From Chitinophaga pinensis (lineage in GTDB: Bacteria > Bacteroidota > Bacteroidia > NS11-12g > UBA9320), in assembly GCA_945889315.1 (NCBI GenBank), contig CAMDBP010000005.1:53-64052 (forward strand): 64,000 nucleotides of DNA, in the 5' to 3' direction. The position numbers and the translations under genes were made by a program. Under the pieces are notes generated by a model. That model made no database searches, was not told where the DNA came from, and saw only the letters and a list, made by a program, of their open reading frames with translations. Every line of letters begins with the position of its first letter. The stretch's first letter is position 1. This document shows, piece by piece, positions 1-9,097 of this stretch.

Positions 1-2
1 AC

Positions 3-3000
3 AAACGCCAAGATACCCTAATATTTACCAAAGGCGGAACCTACATCATAGAGCATATTATAAATAATGCCCCTAACAACTGTCCTACCTCCTATTACGA
101 TACCTTAATTGTACCTCCTTTGCTTGAAGCAGATCTGTCGATAGGAGCTGATACTTTCTTATGCGCAGGTTCTGATCTACTATTTAGACCTACCATCTCT
201 AATTACACCCCTCCGCTTACCTACCAATGGAGTACCATGGGCGTAACCAATAATGGTAATTTCTTAAATAATGCTACCTCCAATGCAAGTGATGACAAAG
301 ACACCTTTAGGCTTTATATACCTAACGTCCAATACGATACCGCTGTCTCTGTATTTATAAGTGATGGTATAGGTTGTACTGCAACAGATAGTGTGCAGGT
401 ATTCCTCAAAGCTAACCCTTTGGCCATTTTACCCGCCGATGTTCGGATATGTACCTACGAGGATTTAGACCTAATTCCCGATCTTAGCACTGCTTACTGG
501 GTAGATCCCATAAAGGGGGATACTCTTGCGCAAGGAGATACCCTCGCTAAGGAATGGTTCTTTAATGGTTCCACTTTCTCCTTTAGTATTGCCGATAGTG
601 TCAACATTCATATCGCAGGGCAATACGTGCTCAAAGTAGTCGATAGTCTTAAATGTTCTGACACTGACACCTTCAATCTTTTCGTGAACGATACCGTTAC
701 AGCCTTAGCTGGCCCCGATAAAACATACTGCTTTAAAGATACAATAACACTCATCGCTGGGGGTATTGACACCGCCGGAACTGGGAAAAGTGGACTCTAC
801 GTCTGGAAAGAATTCTCACCCAATAGCATAACTCTGGGTACTAAAAATATCTACAAACAAGCAGCTAGCACCGATAAACAATTTAAACTAGAACTGTTTA
901 TGACCCAATCCGGTAAGCAATGCTTTGACGCTGATACGGTCAAAATATCCGTAAATCAATTACCTGTTATCAAACTCACAGGACCCAAGGACCTCTGCTG
1001 TGATTACGGTGTTATACTCATGAACTCTGATGTGATAACCCCAGCTGGTGTCCCGGCTACAGGGGGATGGAGTGTTAACTCATACCCATACCTAATGAAA
1101 AACAACACATTCTACACCGATAGTGCTTGTGCCATCATTGACCCAACTATCCGTTTTATTGACGTGTATGCCGTATACACCTATACCGAGCCTAGCACCA
1201 CTTGTGTCAACAAAGACTCTATTAAAATACGCATTAACAGCTTACCTAATATTATCCTTACTCCTAAAACATACTGCCAAGATAAATTGGAAGTAGACTT
1301 AGATGCAGATATCGTACTAAGCCCCGCCAACACTAGCCTAGGAACACCTTCTTGGAGATGCCTAGACTCTAATTCTACAGCCAATAACTTTACCAATAAA
1401 ATGCTCCTCAATAAAGGAACTAAATTTAATCCTAAGTTTTGGCTTAAAGTAGACGAAGCTAGCTATACCATTCAAAATCCAGACGGTACAGATACCGTGG
1501 TACTTGAATTTAGCTTTATCAACCCTTTTGGATGTAGAAATAAAGATACCGTAAATATTATCATAGCTAAAGTCCCTAAAATAACCTTCTCTAAAAATAG
1601 AGACTTATGCTGGGATGAAGGTAAAATATCTCTTGATTCACTCACAGGGGTAAACCTAAGCGACGGAATATGGTCTTGCCAAGATATTGCTGGATTTAGA
1701 AAATGCAGTGAACTAGGTGGCATAACTGGCGATACCATAAACACACGTAGTAGTACTCAACTAGCTAATGCATCTGTAACTCCTAACCAATGGAAATTAA
1801 GATACGATCATACCGCTTCTGGTTGTCCTGCATTTAATGAAATCAATATCCGTATTAATCCTCTGCCCAAAATTATTCTGACTAAACTTAGTCCTGATAA
1901 ATTATGTGAAACCACTGCAGACATATCATTAAACGCTAAAGCTAGTCCTAACCCTACAGGAGGTGTTTGGTCTACTATAGATCCTACCGCACTTATTGGC
2001 GGTAATACTTATAGCCCAACTAAAGCAACTATCAAAGGTTCCTACGTGCCTATTTACTATAGATACACCTCACCATCTACGGGATGTAAAAATATAGACT
2101 CTATTAAAATACAAATTGATCCTAAACCTATCATCTATATCCCTAACAATCAGGAATTCTGTAGAACAGCTAACGAAATGACTAAAGTCCTTACCATGCC
2201 CGTTACAGCTGACTTTAGCTCCGGTGTAACTTGGGGGGTTGTGCCTAACAAACCTAGCTCTAGCAGAACTACACTGGGCGCAGATCCTAAAGTAGGTACC
2301 GTTACACTCGCACTGCAAAACAACAACTCTGATACCTTTAGAATGTATACCAACGCAGGAGGTTTAGGTGCTTGTAGTAGCGACTTCGGTAACTTCCAAA
2401 TTATCGTTCATCCTATACCAGATGCAAGCATTACCAATGATAATCCCAACGGATGTAATCCTGTAACTGCTAACTTTGGAGTGAACATAACCAACAGCAT
2501 AGATCCTACAACGGTAACTTATAACTGGAACATAGCCGGGACCATAGAAACCACCCCTAATCCTTCTGCCACATTTAACACCAATGGTGCTAAAAATATA
2601 TCAGTAAGAGTAACCTCTCTACAAGGTTGTGACACCACCTTAACTGAAACCGTGGAAGTATACCCTATTCCCGTTGCTTTATTTGAGCCAACTCCTAATA
2701 ACTATACCACAGCTGCGCTGCCTAGATTTACCTTTAACAACAAAAGCACAGTACCCAATTTACTTAATGCAACTATTACTAAATGGCAATGGGATTTTGG
2801 AGACTTACTTACCAGCAGCGATACATCTACTGAAACAAATCCTACTTACTACTATAGAACAGATACCGGTACTTACATCGTAAAAGTACGCGTAACTACA
2901 AACCATGGCTGTACTGATGAGTTTGAGTATCCTGTTATCATTGGTCCAGACCTAATCGTTTTTATACCTAACGCTTTTACACCTGACCTTTCAGGACCTA

Positions 3001-3266
3001 CTCAAAATGAAGGATTTAGTGCTATCATCAGTGGAGAACTACAAATGGAACTCAATATCTTTAACCGATGGGGGGAAATACTATTCCAAACCACCGAAGT
3101 AGTATCTGAATTACAAAACGGAACTATCGTAACCAAAAGCAAACCTTGGAACGGAGAATATAGAGGTATACCCGTACAACAAGATGTTTATGCATACACG
3201 CTCAAAGTAACTGCGCTCAATAACAAAGAATATGAATACAGCGGCACACTTACACTAATTCGATAG
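3..3266 (+). CDS. Large secreted Ig-like/PKD repeat protein with T9SS type B (gliding-motility-associated) C-terminal domain; 5' end lies outside the window
   Basis: Frame is open from base 3 (KRQDTLIFTKGG...), upstream of the TTG at 120. It has Cys-paired beta-rich repeats, a PKD motif (KWQWDFGD) and the C-terminus VFIPNAFTPD...IFNRWGE...YSGTLTLIR. Confidence 0.88.
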   Translation, partial: KRQDTLIFTKGGTYIIEHIINNAPNNCPTSYYDTLIVPPLLEADLSIGADTFLCAGSDLLFRPTISNYTPPLTYQWSTMGVTNNGNFLNNATSNASDDKDTFRLYIPNVQYDTAVSVFISDGIGCTATDSVQVFLKANPLAILPADVRICTYEDLDLIPDLSTAYWVDPIKGDTLAQGDTLAKEWFFNGSTFSFSIADSVNIHIAGQYVLKVVDSLKCSDTDTFNLFVNDTVTALAGPDKTYCFKDTITLIAGGIDTAGTGKSGLYVWKEFSPNSITLGTKNIYKQAASTDKQFKLELFMTQSGKQCFDADTVKISVNQLPVIKLTGPKDLCCDYGVILMNSDVITPAGVPATGGWSVNSYPYLMKNNTFYTDSACAIIDPTIRFIDVYAVYTYTEPSTTCVNKDSIKIRINSLPNIILTPKTYCQDKLEVDLDADIVLSPANTSLGTPSWRCLDSNSTANNFTNKMLLNKGTKFNPKFWLKVDEASYTIQNPDGTDTVVLEFSFINPFGCRNKDTVNIIIAKVPKITFSKNRDLCWDEGKISLDSLTGVNLSDGIWSCQDIAGFRKCSELGGITGDTINTRSSTQLANASVTPNQWKLRYDHTASGCPAFNEINIRINPLPKIILTKLSPDKLCETTADISLNAKASPNPTGGVWSTIDPTALIGGNTYSPTKATIKGSYVPIYYRYTSPSTGCKNIDSIKIQIDPKPIIYIPNNQEFCRTANEMTKVLTMPVTADFSSGVTWGVVPNKPSSSRTTLGADPKVGTVTLALQNNNSDTFRMYTNAGGLGACSSDFGNFQIIVHPIPDASITNDNPNGCNPVTANFGVNITNSIDPTTVTYNWNIAGTIETTPNPSATFNTNGAKNISVRVTSLQGCDTTLTETVEVYPIPVALFEPTPNNYTTAALPRFTFNNKSTVPNLLNATITKWQWDFGDLLTSSDTSTETNPTYYYRTDTGTYIVKVRVTTNHGCTDEFEYPVIIGPDLIVFIPNAFTPDLSGPTQNEGFSAIISGELQMELNIFNRWGEILFQTTEVVSELQNGTIVTKSKPWNGEYRGIPVQQDVYAYTLKVTALNNKEYEYSGTLTLIR

Positions 3267-3433
3267 TAAAGTTCTCAATGTTCCTTTATTTGTGGAGATC
3301 AAATTTTAATTTAAACTGCAGAGGTTTGTGCTGATTGTATCATAAAACTGTGTGTCATTTTCAAGAATTTTATGGAAATACAGTTTTGACTACCTAAGAG
3401 TTTTATCTTAAAAGGTAGCAGCTATGAGATTAG

Positions 3434-3994
3434 TTAATCGTATAATTTCCAGTCTATTTCTGCCATAAAGCGCCGTTCAAGTTTCGTCCATTGACTTGGG
3501 CTTTTCCATCGTCCTCTAGCATAAATATATCTAGCTTGTCGCCATGTGCCATCACCTTGATCTTTGCAATATTTAAGATACGCTATACCAACCACTAAAT
3601 AGTTATATCTTGTTTTTCCTCCTGTAAGGCCCAATTTTTTATACCATATTTTGTAGGTAGCCGGCATTATTTGTAGATCGCCATTAGGAATTAGAAAGTT
3701 TAAATTATTTGGCTTTGGCCATTTACTTTCATTCCGACCTACATCTTTTACAAAGCCAGGGGGAACGCCCATCGCTGTTGCTATAGAATCAACCCAGTCG
3801 AAAACTGATCTTGGTTGTTGCTGATTCGTACTAATTGTGTCATAATTACCAGAGGTATAGTTATAAAGTATTTTGCTAATATTCGTTGAATCGTCTGCGA
3901 GTCGAACACTTTGTTGATCCTCTGAAAAAACAACAGACGAAGCATTCACACTTAAGGCTAAACAAAACAATATAAATGCTTGACACCTTTTCAT
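3434..3994 (-). CDS. Secreted lytic transglycosylase (SLT-like) domain protein
   Basis: Signal peptide; ES motif (RNESKW), GDLQIMPAT (GLMQ-like) and NYLVVGIAYL. Its start overlaps the rho stop (TAATG). Confidence 0.65.
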   Translation of the reverse strand: MKRCQAFILFCLALSVNASSVVFSEDQQSVRLADDSTNISKILYNYTSGNYDTISTNQQQPRSVFDWVDSIATAMGVPPGFVKDVGRNESKWPKPNNLNFLIPNGDLQIMPATYKIWYKKLGLTGGKTRYNYLVVGIAYLKYCKDQGDGTWRQARYIYARGRWKSPSQWTKLERRFMAEIDWKLYD

Positions 3995-5751
3995 TAGCCA
4001 TTCATACTAACAAGAAACTCGTCGTTATTTTTAGTTCCTTTCATATAGTTAAGCATGGTAGTCATTGCCTCTTCAGGATTCATGTCAGCTAGGTGATTCC
4101 GCATCACCCACATTTTTTGAAGTACCATTTTATCCAATAATAAATCTTCTCTTCGGGTACTTGATGATACAATGTCAATGGCAGGGAAGATACGCTTGTT
4201 GGATAATTTTCTATCCAACTGAAGCTCCATATTTCCAGTACCTTTAAACTCTTCAAAGATTACTTCGTCCATTTTAGAACCTGTCTCGGTAAGCGCTGTT
4301 GCAATAATCGTAAGCGAACCACCATTCTCAATATTTCGTGCAGCTCCAAAAAACCGTTTAGGTTTTTGCAATGCATTGGCATCAACACCGCCACTCAATA
4401 TTTTCCCACTAGCAGGTTGAACCGTATTATAAGCTCTCGCAAGTCTTGTGATTGAATCTAATAATATTACTACATCATGGCCACATTCTGTTAGTCTTTT
4501 TGCTTTTTCTAACACGATATTGGCAAGCTTAACATGCTTATCAGCAGGTTCGTCAAAAGTTGACGCTACTACTTCTGCTTTCACACTTCTAGCCATATCT
4601 GTAACCTCTTCAGGTCTCTCATCTATTAGCAGAATAATCATATAAACCTCAGGATGATTATGCGCTATTGCATTTGCAACATCCTTTAACAAGTTTGTTT
4701 TACCTGTTTTGGGTTGTGCTACAATAAGACCACGTTGTCCCTTACCAATCGGGGCAATAATATCCATTATTCGAGTAGAGTAATTATCTGATTTGTACTC
4801 TAAATTCAGCTTTTCGTCCGGAAATAAAGGTGTAAGGTGGTTGAATGCTACCCTGTCTTTTACAAACTCCACGGTTCGGCCGTTTATCCCTAGTATATTA
4901 ATAAGTGCAAAGTATTTTTCACCCTCTTTGGGTGGCCGTATACTTCCCCTTATGGTGTCTCCAGTCTTTAAACCGTTTTGACGAATTTGGTTTGGGGCAA
5001 TATAAACATCGTCCGGAGACGGTTGATAGTTGTAATCTGCAGATCTAAGAAAACCATATCCATCAGATATTACCTCCAAAACGCCTTGTGTAGTTACGAT
5101 TCCTTCTAACTCTAAATAGTTTATAAGCTTTTCTTCGGCCTCTTTTTTAGTTCGTTTTTCTTCGTCCACCCTTTTTCTTTCAGCGTCTTTTTCTAATCTC
5201 TCTGCTTCCCTTTCGGCCCGTTCCTTGTCACGAGCTTCTTTTTCTTCTGGGGTTAGACTTTTATTTTGATTTGCGTTCTGGTTCGGATTAGGGTTCTGAT
5301 TCGGATTAGGCCTCAAACTTGGCTTTGGTGAATTGGACATTCTTTCTTCCCTACTAATTTTTTCATTTTGAACATCTCTTCCGTCAGCAAATGGAGATTC
5401 CTCTTTTTGAGGGTTTTCATTTTTTTCTTTTCGGGGTCTTAAATTTTTTGAAGAACTATTTCCTGGATCGATCCTTTCTGCTGCTGGTGCATCCACATCT
5501 GGTTTTGGCTTCTTTACAGGGGCCGGTTTTTTAACTCTTACTTGCGGAGGTCCATCAATGTCAGACGCTGGTATACTCTCACTTTTCACCAGTTTAGCAT
5601 CCTTAAACTTTTCTGGATTCACCGCTTGGAAATCGAGTATTTTATATAATAAGTCCTCTTTTTTAAGACCTTTGTGTGGCACATCATAAGTGTCAGCAAT
5701 TTTGCGTAGTTCGGAAAGAACCATCTCTCCTAATGAAAGAATATCGTACAT
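3994..5751 (-). CDS. rho: Transcription termination factor Rho with long N-terminal insertion
   Basis: DGYGFLR RNA-binding motif, [18 protein letters not shown]-loop, [21 protein letters not shown]. Confidence 0.98.
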   Translation of the reverse strand: MYDILSLGEMVLSELRKIADTYDVPHKGLKKEDLLYKILDFQAVNPEKFKDAKLVKSESIPASDIDGPPQVRVKKPAPVKKPKPDVDAPAAERIDPGNSSSKNLRPRKEKNENPQKEESPFADGRDVQNEKISREERMSNSPKPSLRPNPNQNPNPNQNANQNKSLTPEEKEARDKERAEREAERLEKDAERKRVDEEKRTKKEAEEKLINYLELEGIVTTQGVLEVISDGYGFLRSADYNYQPSPDDVYIAPNQIRQNGLKTGDTIRGSIRPPKEGEKYFALINILGINGRTVEFVKDRVAFNHLTPLFPDEKLNLEYKSDNYSTRIMDIIAPIGKGQRGLIVAQPKTGKTNLLKDVANAIAHNHPEVYMIILLIDERPEEVTDMARSVKAEVVASTFDEPADKHVKLANIVLEKAKRLTECGHDVVILLDSITRLARAYNTVQPASGKILSGGVDANALQKPKRFFGAARNIENGGSLTIIATALTETGSKMDEVIFEEFKGTGNMELQLDRKLSNKRIFPAIDIVSSSTRREDLLLDKMVLQKMWVMRNHLADMNPEEAMTTMLNYMKGTKNNDEFLVSMNG

Positions 5752-6016
5752 GTATTTTTTAGAATGATAAATTAAACTGTTTCGAGAAAAATATTTGGAA
5801 TATTTCTTGAGAATTGCCCAAAAGGCTGTGCAAGTGTAGGTTAAAGATTGTAATTATGCAAATACTGGTAACTAAGCTTTTCAAATGAGTAGATAATTCG
5901 ATTACGTATAAATTGATCATTCGTCGAAAAGACTATAACCAGTAGTCTTTATACTACACTTTTTACCAGATATAATCGAAAAAACCTTCCTTCGTGTCAC
6001 GGTAAAAACCGTATTC

Positions 6017-7243
6017 CTAGACTAATAGACGTACCGGTTCTTCCAGTAAGTCTTGAAAGGTTTGCAGGAACTTAGCTCCACTTACGCCGTCTACCACTCT
6101 ATGATCACAGCTCAGAGTTACTTTCATAACGTGTCCTGGTTTCATTACGCCGTTTTCTACTATCACTGTCTCCTTGGAGCTTCCTACTGCTAGGATACAA
6201 GCATCTGGCATGTTAACTATTGCAGTAAACTCATCTATACCAAACATTCCTAAATTAGAAATAGTAAATGTATTTCCTTCCCAATCTTTAGGTTGTAATT
6301 CTTTATTTTTTGCTTTACCCGCTAGGTCTTTTACTTCTGTTCCTATCTGAGATAGTGATTTACTATCTGCAAAGCGCACTACAGGCACTAGCAAGCCATC
6401 TTCCACCGCTACGGCTACACCGATGTGCACATGGTGGTTTCTTCTTATCTTGTCACCCAGCCAAGCTGAGTTTATGTTAGGGTGTTTTTTTAATGATAGA
6501 GCTACTGCTTTAATCACCAAATCGTTTACCGATATTTTAGTTTCACTATACTCATTCATACGGCTACGTGCATCCATTACAGCATCCATTTTTATCTCTT
6601 TGGTTAAGTAAAAATGAGGAGCAGTAAACTTGCTTTCGGCGAGTCGTTTAGCAATGGTTTTACGCATTTGAGTGATAGGCAAATCGTCATAACTTTCAAC
6701 GCCTACACTAGCAGCGCTTGCTGCCGGAGAAGCTTTATAGTTTTCTATATCTTTCTTTATAATACGTCCATTGTCGCCACTTCCGGCTACTGACTCAAGG
6801 CTAATTCCTTTGTCTTCTGCCATTTTTTTAGCAAGTGGCGAGACAAATACTCGTCCGTTGTTGCTTGAACTTGCTTGAACCGGCGCACTTGGTTCATTCG
6901 TGCTTACTTCTTTTGCCGGATTGGGAGCGGCAGTTGTTGCTTCAGGTTTTACCTCTGCAGCAGGGGCTGCTGGCGTGTCAGTAAGAAGGTGTGAGAAATC
7001 TTCTCCTTTTTGTCCTATAATCGCTATTGTTGTTTCTACAGGAACCGTTTCGCCTTCTTTTACATTCAGGTGCAGCACTTCGCCTTTCTCAAAATTTTCT
7101 AATTCCATTGTAGCCTTATCTGTTTCTACATCGGCGATCATTTGACTAGATTTTACGGTGTCACCTACTTTGACAAACCATGTTACGATGGTTCCTTCTT
7201 CCATCGTGTCACTCATTCTAGGTAATTTTATTGCTACAGCCAT
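6017..7243 (-). CDS. pdhC: Pyruvate dehydrogenase E2 (dihydrolipoamide acetyltransferase), single lipoyl domain
   Basis: ETDKATME lipoyl motif, SPLAKKMA E3-binding domain, catalytic DHRVVDG. Confidence 0.92.
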   Translation of the reverse strand: MAVAIKLPRMSDTMEEGTIVTWFVKVGDTVKSSQMIADVETDKATMELENFEKGEVLHLNVKEGETVPVETTIAIIGQKGEDFSHLLTDTPAAPAAEVKPEATTAAPNPAKEVSTNEPSAPVQASSSNNGRVFVSPLAKKMAEDKGISLESVAGSGDNGRIIKKDIENYKASPAASAASVGVESYDDLPITQMRKTIAKRLAESKFTAPHFYLTKEIKMDAVMDARSRMNEYSETKISVNDLVIKAVALSLKKHPNINSAWLGDKIRRNHHVHIGVAVAVEDGLLVPVVRFADSKSLSQIGTEVKDLAGKAKNKELQPKDWEGNTFTISNLGMFGIDEFTAIVNMPDACILAVGSSKETVIVENGVMKPGHVMKVTLSCDHRVVDGVSGAKFLQTFQDLLEEPVRLLV

Positions 7244-7359
7244 TTAATTTGTTTTATGTTAAAGCGTCGCAAAACTAAACAACCTAGTTAAAATATTGTT
7301 GGTAACGACGAATAATACTCGAAATATTTATCGATAATAAAAACTTGCTTTGCATAAAA

Positions 7360-8154
7360 ATGAGTCAATACGAAGATTTTTTAAAATACGTGTACGAAAA
7401 TGGTGCTACTAAAACGGATAGAACAGGCACAGGAACAGTAAGTGTTTTGGGCGGTCAGCTAAGGTTTGATTTATCTAAATCATTCCCTCTAATCACAACC
7501 AAAAAAGTTCACTGGAAGTCTGTGGTATATGAGCTTTTATGGTTTTTACGGGGAGACACCAATATCAAATATCTTACAGATAATGGAGTTAAAATATGGA
7601 ACGAATGGGCGGATGAAAACGGAGATCTTGGACCCGTATATGGGAAACAATGGAGAAGATGGGAGGCTCCCAACGGTGATAAAATTGACCAAATGCAAAA
7701 TGTATTGGATACCTTAAAAAATAATCCTGACAGTCGCCGAATTATAGTAAATGCTTGGAATGTAGGAGAATTAAATGATATGGCGCTAACTCCTTGCCAT
7801 TGTATGTTTCAATTTTATGTTGCAAATGGCAAGTTAAGTTGTCAACTTTACCAGCGCAGTGCAGACTTATTTCTGGGAGTACCCTTTAATATTCCTAGCT
7901 ACGCACTTCTAACCTTAATGATAGCCCAAGAATGTGGATTAGAACCAGGTGAATTTGTGCATACTTTTGGTGATGCACATATCTATAGTAATCACTTTGA
8001 ACAGGTAAAAGAGCAATTAAGCCGAGAAGAAAGACCGTTCCCGACAGTACGATTAAATCCAAACAAAAAATCCATTTTTGATTTTGATTTTAATGACTTT
8101 GAACTTATCGGTTACGACCCACACGCCAGAATTAGTGCGCCTGTAGCAGTTTAG
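7360..8154 (+). CDS. thyA: Thymidylate synthase
   Basis: [35 protein letters not shown] at 7360 preferred over TTG at 7345. Confidence 0.97.
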   Translation: MSQYEDFLKYVYENGATKTDRTGTGTVSVLGGQLRFDLSKSFPLITTKKVHWKSVVYELLWFLRGDTNIKYLTDNGVKIWNEWADENGDLGPVYGKQWRRWEAPNGDKIDQMQNVLDTLKNNPDSRRIIVNAWNVGELNDMALTPCHCMFQFYVANGKLSCQLYQRSADLFLGVPFNIPSYALLTLMIAQECGLEPGEFVHTFGDAHIYSNHFEQVKEQLSREERPFPTVRLNPNKKSIFDFDFNDFELIGYDPHARISAPVAV

Positions 8155-9011
8155 AACATCACTAATTTACTCAGCGTATTCTTATCGCTTTTCATGACAT
8201 TTTTATCTAAACGCCCATGATAGCCATACAACCTCGCGCTAGCTGTGTGCTGCCATATGTCCCATCGGTGTCTAGGGGTGTTTTTGTAATCACACAACCA
8301 TAACGGGTAGTTATCAAAGTTTCCTTTAAGATAGCTTGAATATAGATGCGGATGCGTATAAATAATAGGCTTAACCCCGTAATATTGTTCTATCACCTTA
8401 CAAAAATTTCTTATTTCGCTAATTACTTTGCGCTTATTTGGTAAACGTCTTTTGGTGTATTCTACATCCAACACTGGAACCATATTACCTTTTTTTAGAC
8501 CTGCATGCTTAATGAATCGCAGTGCTTGGCTTCTCCCACTGCTTGTAAAACTCATGAAATGGTAGCCGCCATGCAAAATATTGTGTTTTTCAAGGTTTCT
8601 TTTGTGTGTGTTGTATAATGGATCCAGAATGGTTGTTCCTTCGGAAACCTTTACAAACACAAAATCCGGCTTATTGCGCTTGACCATAAGCGACCAATTA
8701 ATGTTGCGCTGATACTTCGAAATATCAATACCCCAAAGCTTCTTACCTGCCAGCGACTGAAAAAAAGCATCCTTAATCTCCTCTTGTTTCTTTTCGGCTG
8801 CAAGCTGAAGAATTGCATTGGTATCAACTTTCGATACAGAAGAATCTAATATTGGAGAAACACACTGTAATCCTTCGGTGTGACATACAGCTTGTACTTC
8901 TGGTTCTATTTTGAAAGACTCAAAAAACACTATAAGCGTCACTGCTCCCAAGCATAAAAGGGATATCGTTTTTATTATTTTCAACTTGCTATTTTGGACC
9001 AAACTTATCAT
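8151..9011 (-). CDS. GH25 family lysozyme/muramidase with N-terminal membrane anchor
   Basis: [33 protein letters not shown] motifs. Confidence 0.9.
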   Translation of the reverse strand: MISLVQNSKLKIIKTISLLCLGAVTLIVFFESFKIEPEVQAVCHTEGLQCVSPILDSSVSKVDTNAILQLAAEKKQEEIKDAFFQSLAGKKLWGIDISKYQRNINWSLMVKRNKPDFVFVKVSEGTTILDPLYNTHKRNLEKHNILHGGYHFMSFTSSGRSQALRFIKHAGLKKGNMVPVLDVEYTKRRLPNKRKVISEIRNFCKVIEQYYGVKPIIYTHPHLYSSYLKGNFDNYPLWLCDYKNTPRHRWDIWQHTASARLYGYHGRLDKNVMKSDKNTLSKLVMF

Positions 9012-9097
9012 TCCCTAATTTGCTACAATCAACAACATAAAAACAACCCTAAATATTGTACAGAAAAGTGAATTTTATATTAAAAAAGTGTATCTAG

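Noticed and set aside
8151-9011. GH25 lysozyme as a prophage endolysin
   Set aside because: No holin or other phage genes; flanked by thyA and the mutase.
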